From the human T2T-CHM13v2.0 reference genome, Homo sapiens, in assembly GCF_009914755.1 (NCBI RefSeq), contig NC_060927.1: a DNA stretch of 64,000 bases; one strand, 5' to 3'. Shown one piece after another: positions 1-14,000 of the stretch. The notes below the pieces were generated by a model. The model worked only from the letters and a program-made list of their open reading frames with translations, was not told where the DNA came from and searched no databases. Within the stretch, counting starts at the first letter, position 1. Every line of letters starts with the position of its first letter. Made by a program: the position numbers and the translations under genes.

Positions 1-900
1 TCTTAGACAACATAAAAAAGTCATGAAGGAAACAGATCAATTAGACACATAAAACCTAAAGATATAATTTTTTTAACTTATGTAACTAAAAATAGGTAGC
101 TATAATGGTAAAAAGAATTTATTAAAGTGAACAAGAAAAAATGAATAACCAACTTAGTAAACAAGTGTACCATCTACATGGAAAGCAATTCAGAGAAGAG
201 CAAGCTTGAATGTTTAAAAAAATTAAAATTATGCCTCATCTCATAACCAAGAAAATAAAAAGTTTAAAATGCTGTATTATTTTACACCAACAAGAGTAGA
301 AAAAAAATTTAAAGTTTGACCTTTCCAAATGTAGTTTACAATGTGAATAAATAAAAACTCTTTTATACTGGGAAAAGAGTACAGACTAAGGACCAATTTA
401 TAATCCTGACAGTCTAGCACGAAACTGAAGATGCTCCTACCTGTGACTCAGCAGTTCTACTCATAAGCGTACATCCTAGAAAATGTCCTGCACATTTCAT
501 AAGGATATAAATAAAGTTGTATATTGTAGAATAATTTGTAGTAATGAAATATCAGAAACAAATGACATCAAAAGAGAAATGGATAAATAAAATGTGGTAT
601 ATTTTTACAACTGACATCAACATCAATGGATCTCAAAAATATAATGTTGAATTAAAAAAGCATTTGTAAATGATTCCACATGATATCATTTATGGAAACA
701 TGAAATATGTAATGTTTTGATAGTGACTACATATATATGAAATGAAGTGTAAGAGCATTAACTGATTAAATATACGAAGTTGTGATGGTAGTTGCCTCTG
801 GATAGTCAAGAAGTAGAATGATCGTGGGGAGAAAAAGGGATGAAGTTGATTCATGATAATTTCATTTATTTTATGAAAAAATGTCAGAAGCCAATATTAG
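1..900 (+). mobile_element. Old L1 (L1M/L1ME-type) ORF2 3' end and 3' UTR relic
   Basis: A-rich + strand; L1 motifs such as ATGGATAAATAAAATGTGGTATA and GACTCAGCAGTTCTACTC; boundaries approximate. Confidence 0.65.
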
Positions 901-1501
901 ATAAAGTTAATATTTATCATCTTGGGTAGTGGATGCAGGTATGTGTGCAGTATTTACTTACCTTTTCTCTGACTTTTAACATTTTCTCAACAAATGAAAT
1001 AATAAGCCAAACCCACTAGCATATTTGTATGATGATGTGTTTTCAACTAGTCAGCACACTCTTTAGTTGTATCATGTTACTTGCTTGAGTAATACATTAA
1101 ATTATTAGAAGAAAATGTTTTTTTAATATTTCTGGTTTCAAGGGAGAGGAATTTTCTATAAACATTCCTAGATCTTTGTCCCAACCTCTACTGCACCTCA
1201 CCTGCTTGTAATTCTGGCCTCTCTTTGTGGGAGCCAGTATCTTGCAGTTAACATGCATCCTATGATTTCTCTACATTTGTTCTCTGTTTTCTAGATTGTT
1301 AAAGCAAACTTTAAATCTGTTTGCCACATAAGAATATATCCTTTCAGGTCTTTGTTCGGAAATTTTATATTAGCAAAAGGGTTTGATAGCATGATGGCAA
1401 TTTGATGTTATGTTTTCTTTAATTCTTGGACGATAGGTGTTTCAGCTGCCTAAACAGAACCTGAATGTTGCAGATAAAATGAAGAAAATAGTCACATATT
1501 C

Positions 1502-1643
1502 AGGAAGGGATATAAAGGTACTTGAGCTAAACATAACTTTTATTTAGTTTTAAAAAGAGGCTTAATGTACCTAGGAAGGGATATAAAGTCACTTGTGCTA
1601 AACATAATTTTCTTCCATTTCTACAAAGAGTATTAATATCTAT
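1502..1643. repeat. Diverged 2-copy 71-bp tandem duplication
   Basis: AGGAAGGGATATAAAG...GCTAAACATAA begins at both 1502 and 1573. Confidence 0.85.
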
Positions 1644-2639
1644 ACATGTTGTAAGCTCTTAGCAATTTTATGAGGACTATAGTAGCTCATGTTCCCATGC
1701 ATTTTGATTAGCACAAATGGAGACATTGAAGATGCATGTAATAATAATACCCTATGCATTCTGTAATGGCTTTCTCTAAAGAATGTCCTTTTCTCTGTAA
1801 ACATTTTTATAAAAAGTCAAAGAAGTGGAAAATATGAGAAAAAATATTTTCTGGTAACTATATTTGACTTAAATATTTTGGTATGCCAAGTTCTGATATG
1901 ATGTTTAGAGATATTATAATGAATGCATGAGAATTCATTCCAGAAAAATAAATATACATTTCTTTCTATTTAAAATCTCTGTTCCTTGTATAATACCATT
2001 TGGGGATTTCTATGTTAGTCCCTCCACTGTCCTCCCACCCCCCAGAAAAGAAGCTGATAACTTCTGTATTCTCATTCATCCAAGAGTGATTAAATTACCA
2101 GAGTCCTTGCCTGACAATTTGGATGATCAATCTGAAAGTGGTTACAGCAGGACTTTTAGATGGTTCTTTGTTTTTGCTGAAAGAATTGCTACTTTCGGTA
2201 AGATAGCAGCATAAATTAACTCAGTGGTAAATATTTCTCAACTGTGATACACAAAAATGTTAATATTGTTGAAAATATACATTAGCATATAGTGCACCTG
2301 CATCCCTCCCACTATCGCCCCTCTCAGAGCCTGCAGACAGACTTCTCTGATGTCTCAATTATGCTATTAGAAGAACTATGTGTTGGGGAGACAATGCTTT
2401 CTGAGCCCCATGTGCTCCTGGTGCCAGTGCTCGCAAATGCCAGGCTTTCGGCCTGGCTGAGGAATGGACACAGAAGGCTGTGCATGGTACTGAAAGACCT
2501 CCCATTCTACTTCTCCCAACACTTACTGCCCCACCACACAATATGCCACAGAGACTATCAATCCTTTCAAGACTCAAATGCCACTTTTTGTCAGTCACCA
2601 CAAGGCACCCCCAACCCCCAAGTCCTCCCTAAGTGTTAT

Positions 2640-3130
2640 CTAAACACTCACTCATGAAGCTGAGTACCTCTCCCACTCTAACCCAGGCTTACACACTTCC
2701 CAATCCATCGAACCCTATTCTGTTTTCTGAAACTTGAGTCAGTCATCGACGTACCCTTTAAGTTTAACCTCTTGCTAAGTTTTCATTCCCCTGCTTATCG
2801 TAACACAAAAAAGTCTCCTCCCTGAGGACGCTGCTTTCTCTGTGATTCTTTCAAGTGGTAGTTGTGTTTTCTCTCCATTTAAAATTTTTTCTTTATCATG
2901 ACATTTCCAGAACATTCTCCCTGTATTCTTCCTAAAAATTCCCAGCCCTTTTAAAGATTACATCATCAAAAAAATCATTCCTCTTATTGTAGTTATGCTC
3001 AATCCTTGAAGATACAACCAGCCAAATCACAATCTTAAACTTTCTTACTTCAACATTAATCCTGGATTACACTCCTGCCCCTTTGCTAGTGCCCTTGCCA
3101 AGCTCCTGAATCTGGCTGGTGTCCAAGGTG
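2640..3130 (+). mobile_element. L2 LINE fragment from the 5' (endonuclease) part of ORF2
   Basis: CTCACTCATGAAG...CCCTGAGGACGCTGCTTTCTCTG...TCAAGTGGTAGTTGTGTTTTCTCTCC resembles the recalled 5' region of the L2 consensus. Confidence 0.6.
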
Positions 3131-3189
3131 AATCTTAAGATCTGCATATTCTATAGATTCCATACATTGTCTATACACTACTGCCCTCA

Positions 3190-3573
3190 CTTGCAGACTT
3201 AGATGGAGTGCTACACCTTTGATAACACTTGAAAGTGAGGAGTCAGCTCCCCAAGATGTGAACCTTAACTAGTGGGAAAAGGGAGATGGGAGAGAACAGA
3301 GAAGACAAATGTCTGTTTATTTCTCCCTTACATGGACTGTTCCTTGCAAAGTTTCCAGAGAAACCTCACATTCTAAGTGAAAACACTTGCTGAGAGATCT
3401 ACCTTACCTCTCTACAAAGTGCACTTCTTACTACTGCTTTTATATTACTTTGCACCTTGTTTTACCTTGTCTCTTTTCATCTTCACTGTCCTGGACTTTC
3501 ACATACTAAATAAGGTGTAAGTACTTTAATCCCTGCCTCAAGCTTTATTTTCTAGAAGCTGGAGGCAAAGACA
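3190..3573 (+). mobile_element. Ancient ERVL LTR (LTR33/LTR16-like)
   Basis: GAGTCAGCTCCCCAAG...; 3' end CCCTGCCTCAAGCTTTATTTTCTAG...GGCAAAGACA is typical of this group. Confidence 0.55.
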
Positions 3574-3995
3574 AATTGTTAGTACCTGTGAATATCTTCC
3601 GTGGAGGCCAAAGGGAAATCAATAAGAAACTTCCAAGGCAAGATAAAGAAGATATTACATTCTGTCTCAGTGGATTCTTCATTCTTAATCATGTATTTGA
3701 GAAAGATGATACTCAATCAATGTGTAATGAGCCACAAGACTATATTTTTTCTGCTTCCTTTACTAGCAGATGATCTTTGATTTTTCACCAGGGATTACAT
3801 TTTATTATTTGTTGTTTTTCTTAGTAAAAATGGAGTAAGAGTCTCACATGAAATGGATCAATGTAAGGCTGGTCACTGGCATTCCTCTGCTCCCAGCTGT
3901 CAAACCAGCACAGATTTTGATAATAGCCATTTCATGATTGAAAATTTCATTTTCTTGTGAATCGCAGATGCCAGTCTGCTTTATGAACTCTAGAC

Positions 3996-4181
3996 CAGTG
4001 CTGTCTAATAGAAATTTTGTTGGTGATAGATTTATTCTGCATCATTCAATACAGAAGCCACAGGCCAAGTGTGAAATGTGGTTAGTGAGACTAAGGAATA
4101 CAACTTTTAACTTTTTAAAAAAGTTTAATTCAAATGTAAATAGCTACATGTTGTTAGTGGCTAACATATTGAACAGCATCA
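3996..4181. mobile_element. MER3 (hAT-Charlie MITE)
   Basis: Termini CAGTGCTGTCTAATAGAA ... ATATTGAACAGCA; degenerate 8-bp TSD CTCTAGAC/TTCTAAAC. Confidence 0.8.
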
Positions 4182-4589
4182 TTCTAAACCACAGGAGTGA
4201 TGCTTTTGTAACCTAAGAAACACAGCCTAAAGTCAGTCGCCTATTCCAAAACCAGCTCTGAAGATAGCATTTTTGCTATTTCTGGCATACAACAAGAACT
4301 AAACTACAACTGAATGATGAGAAAAAAATCCTAATATAACTGGAAAAAGTGATTGTAATAATGCTTTATAATATTAACCCTCAGAATAAAATAAAGACAC
4401 TTTGTAGACATTTCTATAGCAAATGTTGCTGAAAAATTAATGTATCTGCAATGATTTACATGATTTGATAATCCAGCTTTTAAAGGGATCCTGCTTATTA
4501 AACTTTCTACTTTATAAGTTAACAAGATACAACTGACTAATCAAAGTCTCCAAGCGATAGCTAATTCTTTGTATTTCTCAACAATAGCA

Positions 4590-4850
4590 TTAAAATCATG
4601 TCCTTAGGAAAGTCTTATTTGGACCTCCCCCATCTTACTTTTCAGACAAGATCCTATTTACATGCTGTCCTAGCATCATGTTCGTTTCATTCAATTTAAT
4701 TTTCTGTTCATAATTATACATTCACTACCATGGTTATTTGATTAAAATCTATCTCTTTTAATAGACTCTTAGATCTTTATAAGCAAGAGGATGACTCACT
4801 CACCTGGCACAGGGTCTGACGTATAATAGGTGATTAATAAGTGCTGAATA
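4590..4850 (+). mobile_element. L2 3' end fragment
   Basis: CCTGGCACAGGGTCTGACGTATAATAGGTGATTAATAAGTGCTGAAT resembles the L2 3' terminus. Confidence 0.55.
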
Positions 4851-5199
4851 TAAGAGCAGAGTGTATTCATGTTTGCAGAAAAAAATTCAATATAAGTTGC
4901 TTTCCTGTATGTAAAATTGTCTGAATGCTTTCCAATGGTTAATTCAAATAATAAGCATTGCCAGTTAACTATATTTCTTTATGCCCCCTTTCCTTTTAAC
5001 CTGAAAGGATAAACCAACTCTTTTCAATCCAATGATAATTAATAGGAAACTTAGAAAACATAATCTAGCTTAATTGAAAGGTTTCAAAATAAATAATTGC
5101 CCTTGGAAAACTGAATAACGATCAAGCATTAGTTGTATAAAAATCAGCCACTTCAAGCTTCAGAACTCTGCAGTTTAGTAATAGTTTCTTGGTGTTACA

Positions 5200-5558
5200 C
5201 AGGAGTCCCCTTTTATCCACGGTTTCCTATTCTGTAGATTCAGTTACCTGAAGTGGATTCAGTCAACTACAGTCCCCAAAACAGATGAGTATAGTACAAT
5301 AAGATAGGTTAAGAGAAAGAGAGAGAGAGACCCCACATTCTCATAACTTTTATCACAGTATATTTTTATAATTGTTCCATTTTATTATTAGCTATTGATG
5401 TTAATCTCTTACCATGCCTAATTTATAAGTTAAGCCTTATAATAGGTGTATATGTATAGGAAAAAACACAGAATATAGAGGGATCAGTACTATCTATGAT
5501 TTCAGGCATCCATGGGGGTTCTTGAAACATGTCCCCTGTGGTTAAGAGGAGACTACTG
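5200..5558 (+). mobile_element. MER44A (TcMar-Tigger MITE)
   Basis: Terminal inverted repeats CAGGAGTCCCCTTTTATCC / GGTTAAGAGGAGACTACTG followed by TA; internal sequence matches MER44A. Confidence 0.85.
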
Positions 5559-5974
5559 TAATTCTTGGGACCTTAATACTCTCCCTCTTACCCTCATGCC
5601 AGAAAGAAACCCCAGACAAGAATAATTGTCTTGTGAACTGTCCCTTTCTCCATTTATATCTCATTATTTTATCAGATTACATAGTATTTTATCATTGAAA
5701 TATTTCAAATAGTGATTACAAGTTCTTACCAAATGAGAAAGTTTCTAAATTCTGTTGAAATGAGTTACTGTCTATATATACTTTCGTAGCATAAGTGCCT
5801 CATTTTTTTTTCATTTCTTGCCATTTTTTTCCTAATCCTTCCAGGGGATGAGTGTGCCTAAATATATTACAAATCAACAAAATCAGTATTTGCTAAGAGT
5901 ACTTAACATTTCAGGGCTATAATTTTATAAATCTTCAACAATAAAGCAAAACTGGGCTACTAAGGTTAAGATCC

Positions 5975-6696
<722 letters not shown>

Positions 6697-6789
6697 TAAA
6701 ATATTTCTTTTCAAGTACTAGGTGTTGCTAGTTCCTTGAAATAGGCATTGCTGCACTCTATATCTACATATCACTTAACTGTCTCAAAT

Positions 6790-8150
6790 ATATTCTTCAA
6801 TAAACTGTTAATGAATGCCTACTATGCCAGATACTGTGTTGTTCACAAGGGATAAAGAGTTAAATAGAAAACAATCTCTTGTATGCTTCTAACAGTAAGG
6901 GATATAGCATAGACTGCTAAGTGCCAATCCAATACTCATCTTGGGTTTATTCAACGCTAAGTGAACACTTGTTTGAGCAATACATTACCTAAACAAAAGA
7001 CTGTATTCTCCATCCTTACTTGTAGCTATGTGTGGTCATGTAATTATTTTTTGGCCAATGACATGCATGTAGAAATATATTATAGGACCATATGGAATAC
7101 TTCATAAAGAAAGCTGGGAGATATGTCCATTTACTACACTTACCATCTCTCTTCCTGCAACCTGGAAAACAGACTGAACAACTGGAGCTCCAGCTGGCTT
7201 CTTGGGCCGACAGGTGGCCTTGAGGATAGAAGCCACATGGAGGAAGTCACAATGGAAAAATAAAAGAAGCTTTGTTAATTTATTGCAGACATTTGAAGCT
7301 ACAACATAACCATAAGCTTTTAATCAGAGGATTTTTTGGTTCAATCCCATGATTTTTAAGATATCCTATATATGTAAATCAAGGTACTATTACCTGACAT
7401 ATGTTAACAAATAGATATATACACTGTTCTAGCTATACAAAGAACATGTTGGGGAGACAGTGGCTATATCTGCTTGGGGTCAGGGGTGGCTGTTCAGAAG
7501 CACAGCCATTTGAATTAACTCTTAAAGGCTGAGTGCTATTAGTTCCTTGAAATAGGTATTGCTGCAATCAATAGCTACATATCTCTTAACTATCTCATAA
7601 GCATTCTTTAATAAGCTATCAATGAGTGCTTACTATGCCAAACACTGTGTTGTTCATGATGGATAAAGAGATAAATAGAAAACAATTAGATAAAAAACAG
7701 AAAAAAAATGACATTACAATAGAGGAATGAGCACATGGTAAAGCACATACATTTAAAAAATATTGTTCATTTTAATAACTGGAAGTAGTTTACTAATGGT
7801 TGGCTGATGACAGATTTACATAGCTAAGTGGAAGATAGGTTAGGAGGTTAAATCAACAATGACCTTGCACGTTAAAGAGTTTTATCTGTAGATTATGGAA
7901 GTTTCTAAATCAAGGGAGTGACATGATAAGTTTGGGCTTTTACAAAGATGGATTAGAGGTATATTAAGCCAGAGGCTAAGATAATAGTTAGAAGACTAGT
8001 TAGGGTAAAATACTAGGGCAATATATTAGGAGAGATTATGCCATGTAAATTAATAAATGAGAGGCTTTAAAATGAGCATGTAAATGAATAAATCAATGAC
8101 TTTAGAGTTTGTTGGGTGAAAGAGGTGGAGAAATGGGTTTCAGCATGGAG
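6790..8150 (-). mobile_element. L2 fragment, interrupted by the MLT1J-like LTR and a duplicated segment
   Basis: TGAATGCCTACTATGCCAGATACTG (L2 3' end, antisense) continuing into degraded L2 body. Confidence 0.55.
6905..7398 (+). mobile_element. MLT1J-like LTR inside an L2 relic
   Basis: GTGTGGTCATGTAA...TGGCCAATGACATG...GGAGCTCCAGC...TGAGGATAGAAGCCAC. Confidence 0.6.
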
Positions 8151-8216
8151 CCATTTTATTTCTATATACTCTCAATAAACAATTAGAAAACAAAATTTTT
8201 AAATGATACTATTTAT

Positions 8217-8492
8217 TTATTCATTTACTTTTTTGAGACAAAGTTGCACTCTGTCACCCAGAAGGGAGTGAAGTGGTGCGATCTTGGCTCACTGCAACCC
8301 CCACCTTCCAGGTTCAAGCTATTCTCCTGAATCAGGTGTGCGCCATCATGCCCGGCTAATTTTTGTATTTTTACTAGAGACTGGGTTTCACCACGTTGGC
8401 CAGGCTGGTGTCAAACTCCTGACCTCAAGTGATCTGCCCGCCTCGGCCTCCCAAAGTGCTGGGATTACAGGCATAAGCCACCACTCCCAGCC
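8217..8492 (-). mobile_element. AluS with small internal deletion
   Basis: Alu sequence lacking the CCTCAGCCTCCCGAGTAGCTGGGATTAC segment; TSD ATGATACTATTTAT at 8203-8216 and 8494-8507. Confidence 0.92.
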
Positions 8493-8536
8493 TATGATAC
8501 TATTTATAATAGAGTAAAATAACATTAAATCCCTGA

Positions 8537-8852
<316 letters not shown>

Positions 8853-9719
8853 GAGATTTATAAGGCTCTTATACTGAAAATAACTAAACTATTGACAGAG
8901 ATTAAATAAATAAAGAAGTGAAGGGATATAGTTTGTTTACAGACTGAAGAAGCTATTGGAAAGATGTCCGTTTTCTCCAGGTTGATTTATGGATTCAATA
9001 CCATCACAATAAAAATCCCAACAATTTTTAGAAATTATTAAGTTGATTCCAAAATTATCAATTACAATTTTGAATAAAAACTTGAATATCAGGATTTATT
9101 ATAAAGCAACCACAATTAAAACGTTATGTTATTTGCAGGAGGTGAGACAAACCAGAATAGAGATAAAACAGGTCAGAGATGATATAAAGAGGCTTATATT
9201 TGTTGTTACATAATTATCACAAAGTGACAGTGGGGGAAAACATGATCTTTTCAAAAAGTAGTGCTAGATCAAGTAGATAGTTACATAAAAATGAATCTTG
9301 ACTCCTACTGTTTCACTATATAAAAAGATTAAGTATGAAAGGCAAAAAAAAGCTTATAGAATATAGAGAAATATCTTCATGAACTTAGGATAGTAAAAGA
9401 TTTCTTTAAAAGAGTACAAAAGTATTACTATAAAGACTCATAAATTGGATTACAATAATATTAGTAACTCACATTTATCAAAAAATAAAAGGCAGTCAGA
9501 GTGGGAAAATCTTTTAGCAATATAAAATACATGTAGTTTGCAATGGATTCATAGGCAAAATAGATAAATAACTTCTACAAATAATAAAAAGACAGAAAAC
9601 CCAATAAAATTATGTCTTGTAAGCAGGCCCTTTCCAAAAGTCTCAAATATACCTATAAAAAGATGGTCAACCTCATTAATTATCAGGAAAATAAAAACTG
9701 AAATCAGAATTCACAGGTT

Positions 9720-10812
9720 TCAAGAAACTTAGTAATTTTTACTAGCTGGGCACACTCCATTTGGTTTCAATGTCTAGGAATAGTCCTCTGTGGCACTAGG
9801 CTTCACCCTCTGGATTTGAGGCTGTGTCCTCAGTCATTCTTCTTTTTCACAAGTAGAACATGTTTGTAGCTGCATAGTTTTATCAGTCTGTTTCACGACT
9901 ATAGAAAGAAGGCCAGGCAGTCTTCTTTCATTTTGTATTTTCTCTCCCTCTTTCAGTTCAATCTGGCAGTGTTTCTGTTGGTATAAAACTTTCAATAAAT
10001 TTTGTGGGTCTCCTGTGTATGTCACAGGGATTCAACTCACTAGAAAAAAGGTTTATCTACAGATTTTCCTGCATACTCTCATCGATATGTTTGATTTTTG
10101 CTGAGAGGATGGGAGAGGAGGCAAAACCCTTCAATTTCTAAGATGTTCTCTTGTTTAAGAAAGTTTGTGAGCAACACCCTTAACCTCTTCAGAGAACCTT
10201 TTGTATGACTGAATACTTTTAATCTTTCTGAAATATTAGCAGAAGATTATGCAGCCATACCTCTGCTTACTCACTAGAGCATTCTTTCCTAACAATGAAT
10301 CTCTTAATATTGGTGCTTTTGTTTTTTTTTGCAACGTAGATAACTGAGAACTTTCAAAGTCCTCAATTCATAGCCTCATTTTGTTTAACAGCTTTTCCTT
10401 CAATTGTGTCTCTTTTCATACTTTAAGCAGCAAGAAGCAACGAGGCCATACGTTCAATATTTCACTCGAAAATCTCTTGAACTAAATTTCAGTTTCACTT
10501 TTTTTTTTTACAGATTCTGTTTTACACATAAATGTATAACAAAATTATGCTAAATTTTCTATCACAATATGATAAAAATCCCCTTTCCCTCAGTTTTAAA
10601 TAGCTTGTTGCTCATTTTCTACTAAGTCTTCACTGGCAGCACCTTTCATATTTGTATTTCTAGTTACAGTCTTTTCAAGACAATCTCGGCTTTTTCTCTC
10701 TGCCTTCTCAAAATTCTTCCAGTTTCCACTCAGTGCCCCATTCCAAAGTCAATTCTACTTTCACATTTTTCTACTCATTACAACAACATTCTACTTTCAG
10801 GTACCAAAATCT
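9720..10812 (-). mobile_element. MLT1 internal (MaLR-int) sequence
   Basis: Ends ...CCATTCCAAAGTC...GGTACCAAAATC directly before the LTR, as in MaLR int-LTR junctions. Confidence 0.6.
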
Positions 10813-11409
10813 ATGTTAATTTTCTATTGTAGGCCTAGCAAATTACTGTAAATGTTGTGGCTTAAGCATCACAAATTATTATATTTCTGTGGGTCACAAG
10901 TGTGGTATGGGTCTCAATAAACCAAAACCAAGGTGTCAACAGTCCTCACTGCTTTTTGAAGGATTCAGGAAATAATCTCTTTTCCATTTATTTAAGTTGG
11001 TGGTAGAAATCAGTTCCTTCAGTTTGTAAGATTGAAATCCTTGTTTTCTTTCTGGTCTTAAACTGAGAATGACTTCCAGATTCTAGCTGTCACCAGCTTT
11101 TGGCTGCCTTCCTCTATCTTTAAAGCCAGCAAGTAGCCAGTTAACTTTATCTTATCCCACATCTTCCTGAAACGTCTTCCATGTAGTGGTTATACCTCTT
11201 TCTGACCACAGCTAAGAAAAGTTCTCTGTTTTAAAGGATTTATAAAGTTAGAATGGACCGACTCAGATAATCCAGGATAATCTTTTAATTTCAAGGTCCT
11301 CAATCATAATCACCTCTTCAAAATCTCTTTTACCATGCAAGATGACATATTCATAGGTTCTGAGGATTAGGGAGTGGACATCTTTGGGGCCCTCTTTCTG
11401 CCTACCACA
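10813..11409 (-). mobile_element. MLT1E-like LTR
   Basis: GTGGCTTAAGCATCACAAATTATT ... CAGATAATCCAGGATAATC ... GGACATCTTTGGGG...CTGCCTACCACA. Confidence 0.75.
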
Positions 11410-12050
11410 CTAACCATTTCAATAATTACGTTAATCATGAATGACCCAAACATTCCAATTAAATATAAATAGGAAAGGTTTCTGAATAAATACAAAAAAG
11501 ACTCAACTATACTCTGCCTCTAAGAGACAAACAACTATGAAAATGCAGTTAAGCTGAAGGTAAATGGATAGAAAAGATATACCATGCAACCCTCAAGAAT
11601 AAGAAGGCTATATAGTAGCTATATTAATGTCAGATAAAATAGATTTCAAAACAAAAATATCATCAAGTATAAAAAGAAATACTTCAAAAAGATAATTTTA
11701 TGGTTAATTCATTAAGAAGATATACAATTATAAACAGAGCTTCAAATTATACAAAGCAAACATGTACATAATTAAAAGGAGGAATAGAGAATTGCATAAT
11801 CACCTATTTAAAACCTCTCTCACAGCAATTGATAGAGCTATACAAAAGATTTTTATATATATAGAAGGTTTAAACAACACCATCAATCAATCACCATAAT
11901 TTAATTAATATTTAATAGATTACCATATCAAACAACTGTAGAATACACACTCTTTCCAAATGCAATGGTAATTTTAGCAGAACATATCATGTTCTAGGTT
12001 ATAAAACAATCTCAATAAATGTTTAAAACATCTGCACAGATTACTTCTAA
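11410..12050 (+). mobile_element. Old L1 ORF2 endonuclease-region fragment
   Basis: TGGATAGAAAAGATATACCATGCAA; AGCTATATTAATGTCAGATAAAATAGATTTCAAA. Confidence 0.75.
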
Positions 12051-12761
12051 CAAAAGGTAATAAAGGGAAAAATGAGGAAAGCAATGGCATATAGGTCAGC
12101 AAAGAGAATAGCTACCCTGTCTTCTTTTCAATTAGAGTAGAATTTATTGTGTTTCCACAAGAAGCAGTGCACTTTTTAGCACCAAGAAATCTGTGTTAAA
12201 GGACTTTAAAAAAAAAGAAAAGAAAGAAAATTTAATGTTGTATTTTACAGCAACTGGGGAATTTTGAACACATGGATTTACTTCTCTATATCAAATATTG
12301 AAATCAATAAACACTTTAATGTTTTCTAGATGATATTTAAGAAAAATGCCTCAGAGTTTTTGTCTTTCTAGCTATAATTGCTTAAATAAAACAGACTTCC
12401 TAAGGAGTATCCCAATTATGATTTCTCTATCCTCTAAACTATTAGAAAGAACATCCAAACACCATCCACAAATGCAGTCATCAAGAGCTTTGTATTCCCA
12501 TTAGTTCTGAGACCAGTTGAAACATTTATTTCTAACAAATGAGTTTTTAATGTAAATGTTTCCCAGTAATGGAAATATCTCACTGAAAACCTACAGCTTA
12601 AAATAAGATAATGTGGATGAAAACATTTTATAAACTGTGTAGTTCTATGGAAATATAATCATTATATATTTTATTGACATAGTATCAATATGCCATGTGA
12701 GACCTTTATTTTATAAGCTCAAGTATAATATTAAATTCTCTAGGATTGTAACCTAATATAG

Positions 12762-13116
12762 TGATATGGTTTTGCTGTGTGTCTCCACCCAAATCTTATC
12801 TTGAATTTTAATCCCCATTTGTTGAAGGATAGACATGATTGGATTATGGGGGCTGTTTTCTCCATGCTGTTCCTGTGATAGTGAGTGAATTCTCACGAGA
12901 TCTGATGGTTTTATGAATGGCAGTTTTTCCTGCATTCCCACAGGCTCTCCCTTGCCTGCCACCATGTAAGACGTGCCTCTTCTCCTCCGACCATAATTGT
13001 AAGCTTCCTGAGGCTGCCTCAGCCATGCAGAACTGTGAGTCAATTAAACCTCTTTCCTTTACAAATTACCTAGTCTCAGGTATTTCTTTATAGCTGTTTG
13101 AAAATGGAGTAATAGA
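12762..13116 (+). mobile_element. THE1D/MSTA-type solo LTR
   Basis: TGATATGGTTT... TGTGAGTCAATTAAACCTCTTT ...; 5-bp TSD TATAG. Confidence 0.88.
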
Positions 13117-13309
13117 TATAGTAAAAATCCAAATCATTTCTGTTAAAATGGAAGAAAAAATGCATTTCTGAAGACACATAAATATCATATACGTTATTGA
13201 TAAAAGTTACTTATGAGAAAGTAAATTAATATTTTATTTATGAAATACTGTCCTTCAGTGTTCAGCCTAGGTGTCTTCTCCTCCAGGAATCCTTCTTAAC
13301 CTAACTGAC

Positions 13310-13786
13310 TGTGATGGTTAATTTTGTGTCAACATGATAGGGCTATGAAGTGTCCAGACACTTTATCAACCATTATTTTGGTGTGTCTGTAAGAGTATTT
13401 CTTAATGAGATTGACATTTAAATCATAAACTGAGTAAGGAGATTGCCCCCCTGAATGTGTATGGGCCTCATCCAATCAACTGAAGACCTGAATAGAACAT
13501 AAGGTTTGATTAGGAGGAAACTTCTTTAGCTTCACTTTTGGAGCTGAAACACTAGTTTTTCCTTCCCCTTAAACCAGAACTTATACCCATCAGCTCTTTT
13601 GGTTCTCTGACTTTTGGATTTGAACTGGAACTACACTATTGGCCTTCCTGGGTCTCTAGCTTGCCAATTGCAGATCTTGGGATGGATTTCTTAGCCTCTA
13701 TAATCATGTGAGCCAATTCCTTTTAATAAATTTTTTCTCTCTCAATCTTACTGGTTTGTTTTCACTGGAGAACCCAGACTACTCAC
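13310..13786 (+). mobile_element. MLT2 (ERVL) solo LTR, MLT2D-like
   Basis: TGTGATGGTTAATTTTGTGTCAAC ... GGAGAACCCAGACTA. Confidence 0.8.
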
Positions 13787-13799
13787 TATTTCCAAGGTA

Positions 13800-14000
13800 G
13801 CTACAATTTGAAATCTATGCTTTTAGCTCTTTCTCTGTCTCTCTGTATAGAACATCACTCTATATTATATTTGTCTCTTAGTTTTAAGTTCTGAGAAGTC
13901 AGGAATAATGGCCATCTTCTTTATCCTTTATCCATGGTCTTAATATGGTGCCTGACATATACTATGCACTGAATAATATTTGTTGAATAAATGAAAGAAT
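13800..14000 (+). mobile_element. L2 3' end
   Basis: GTGCCTGACATATACTATGCACTGAATAATATTTGTTGAATAAATGAA. Confidence 0.65.
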
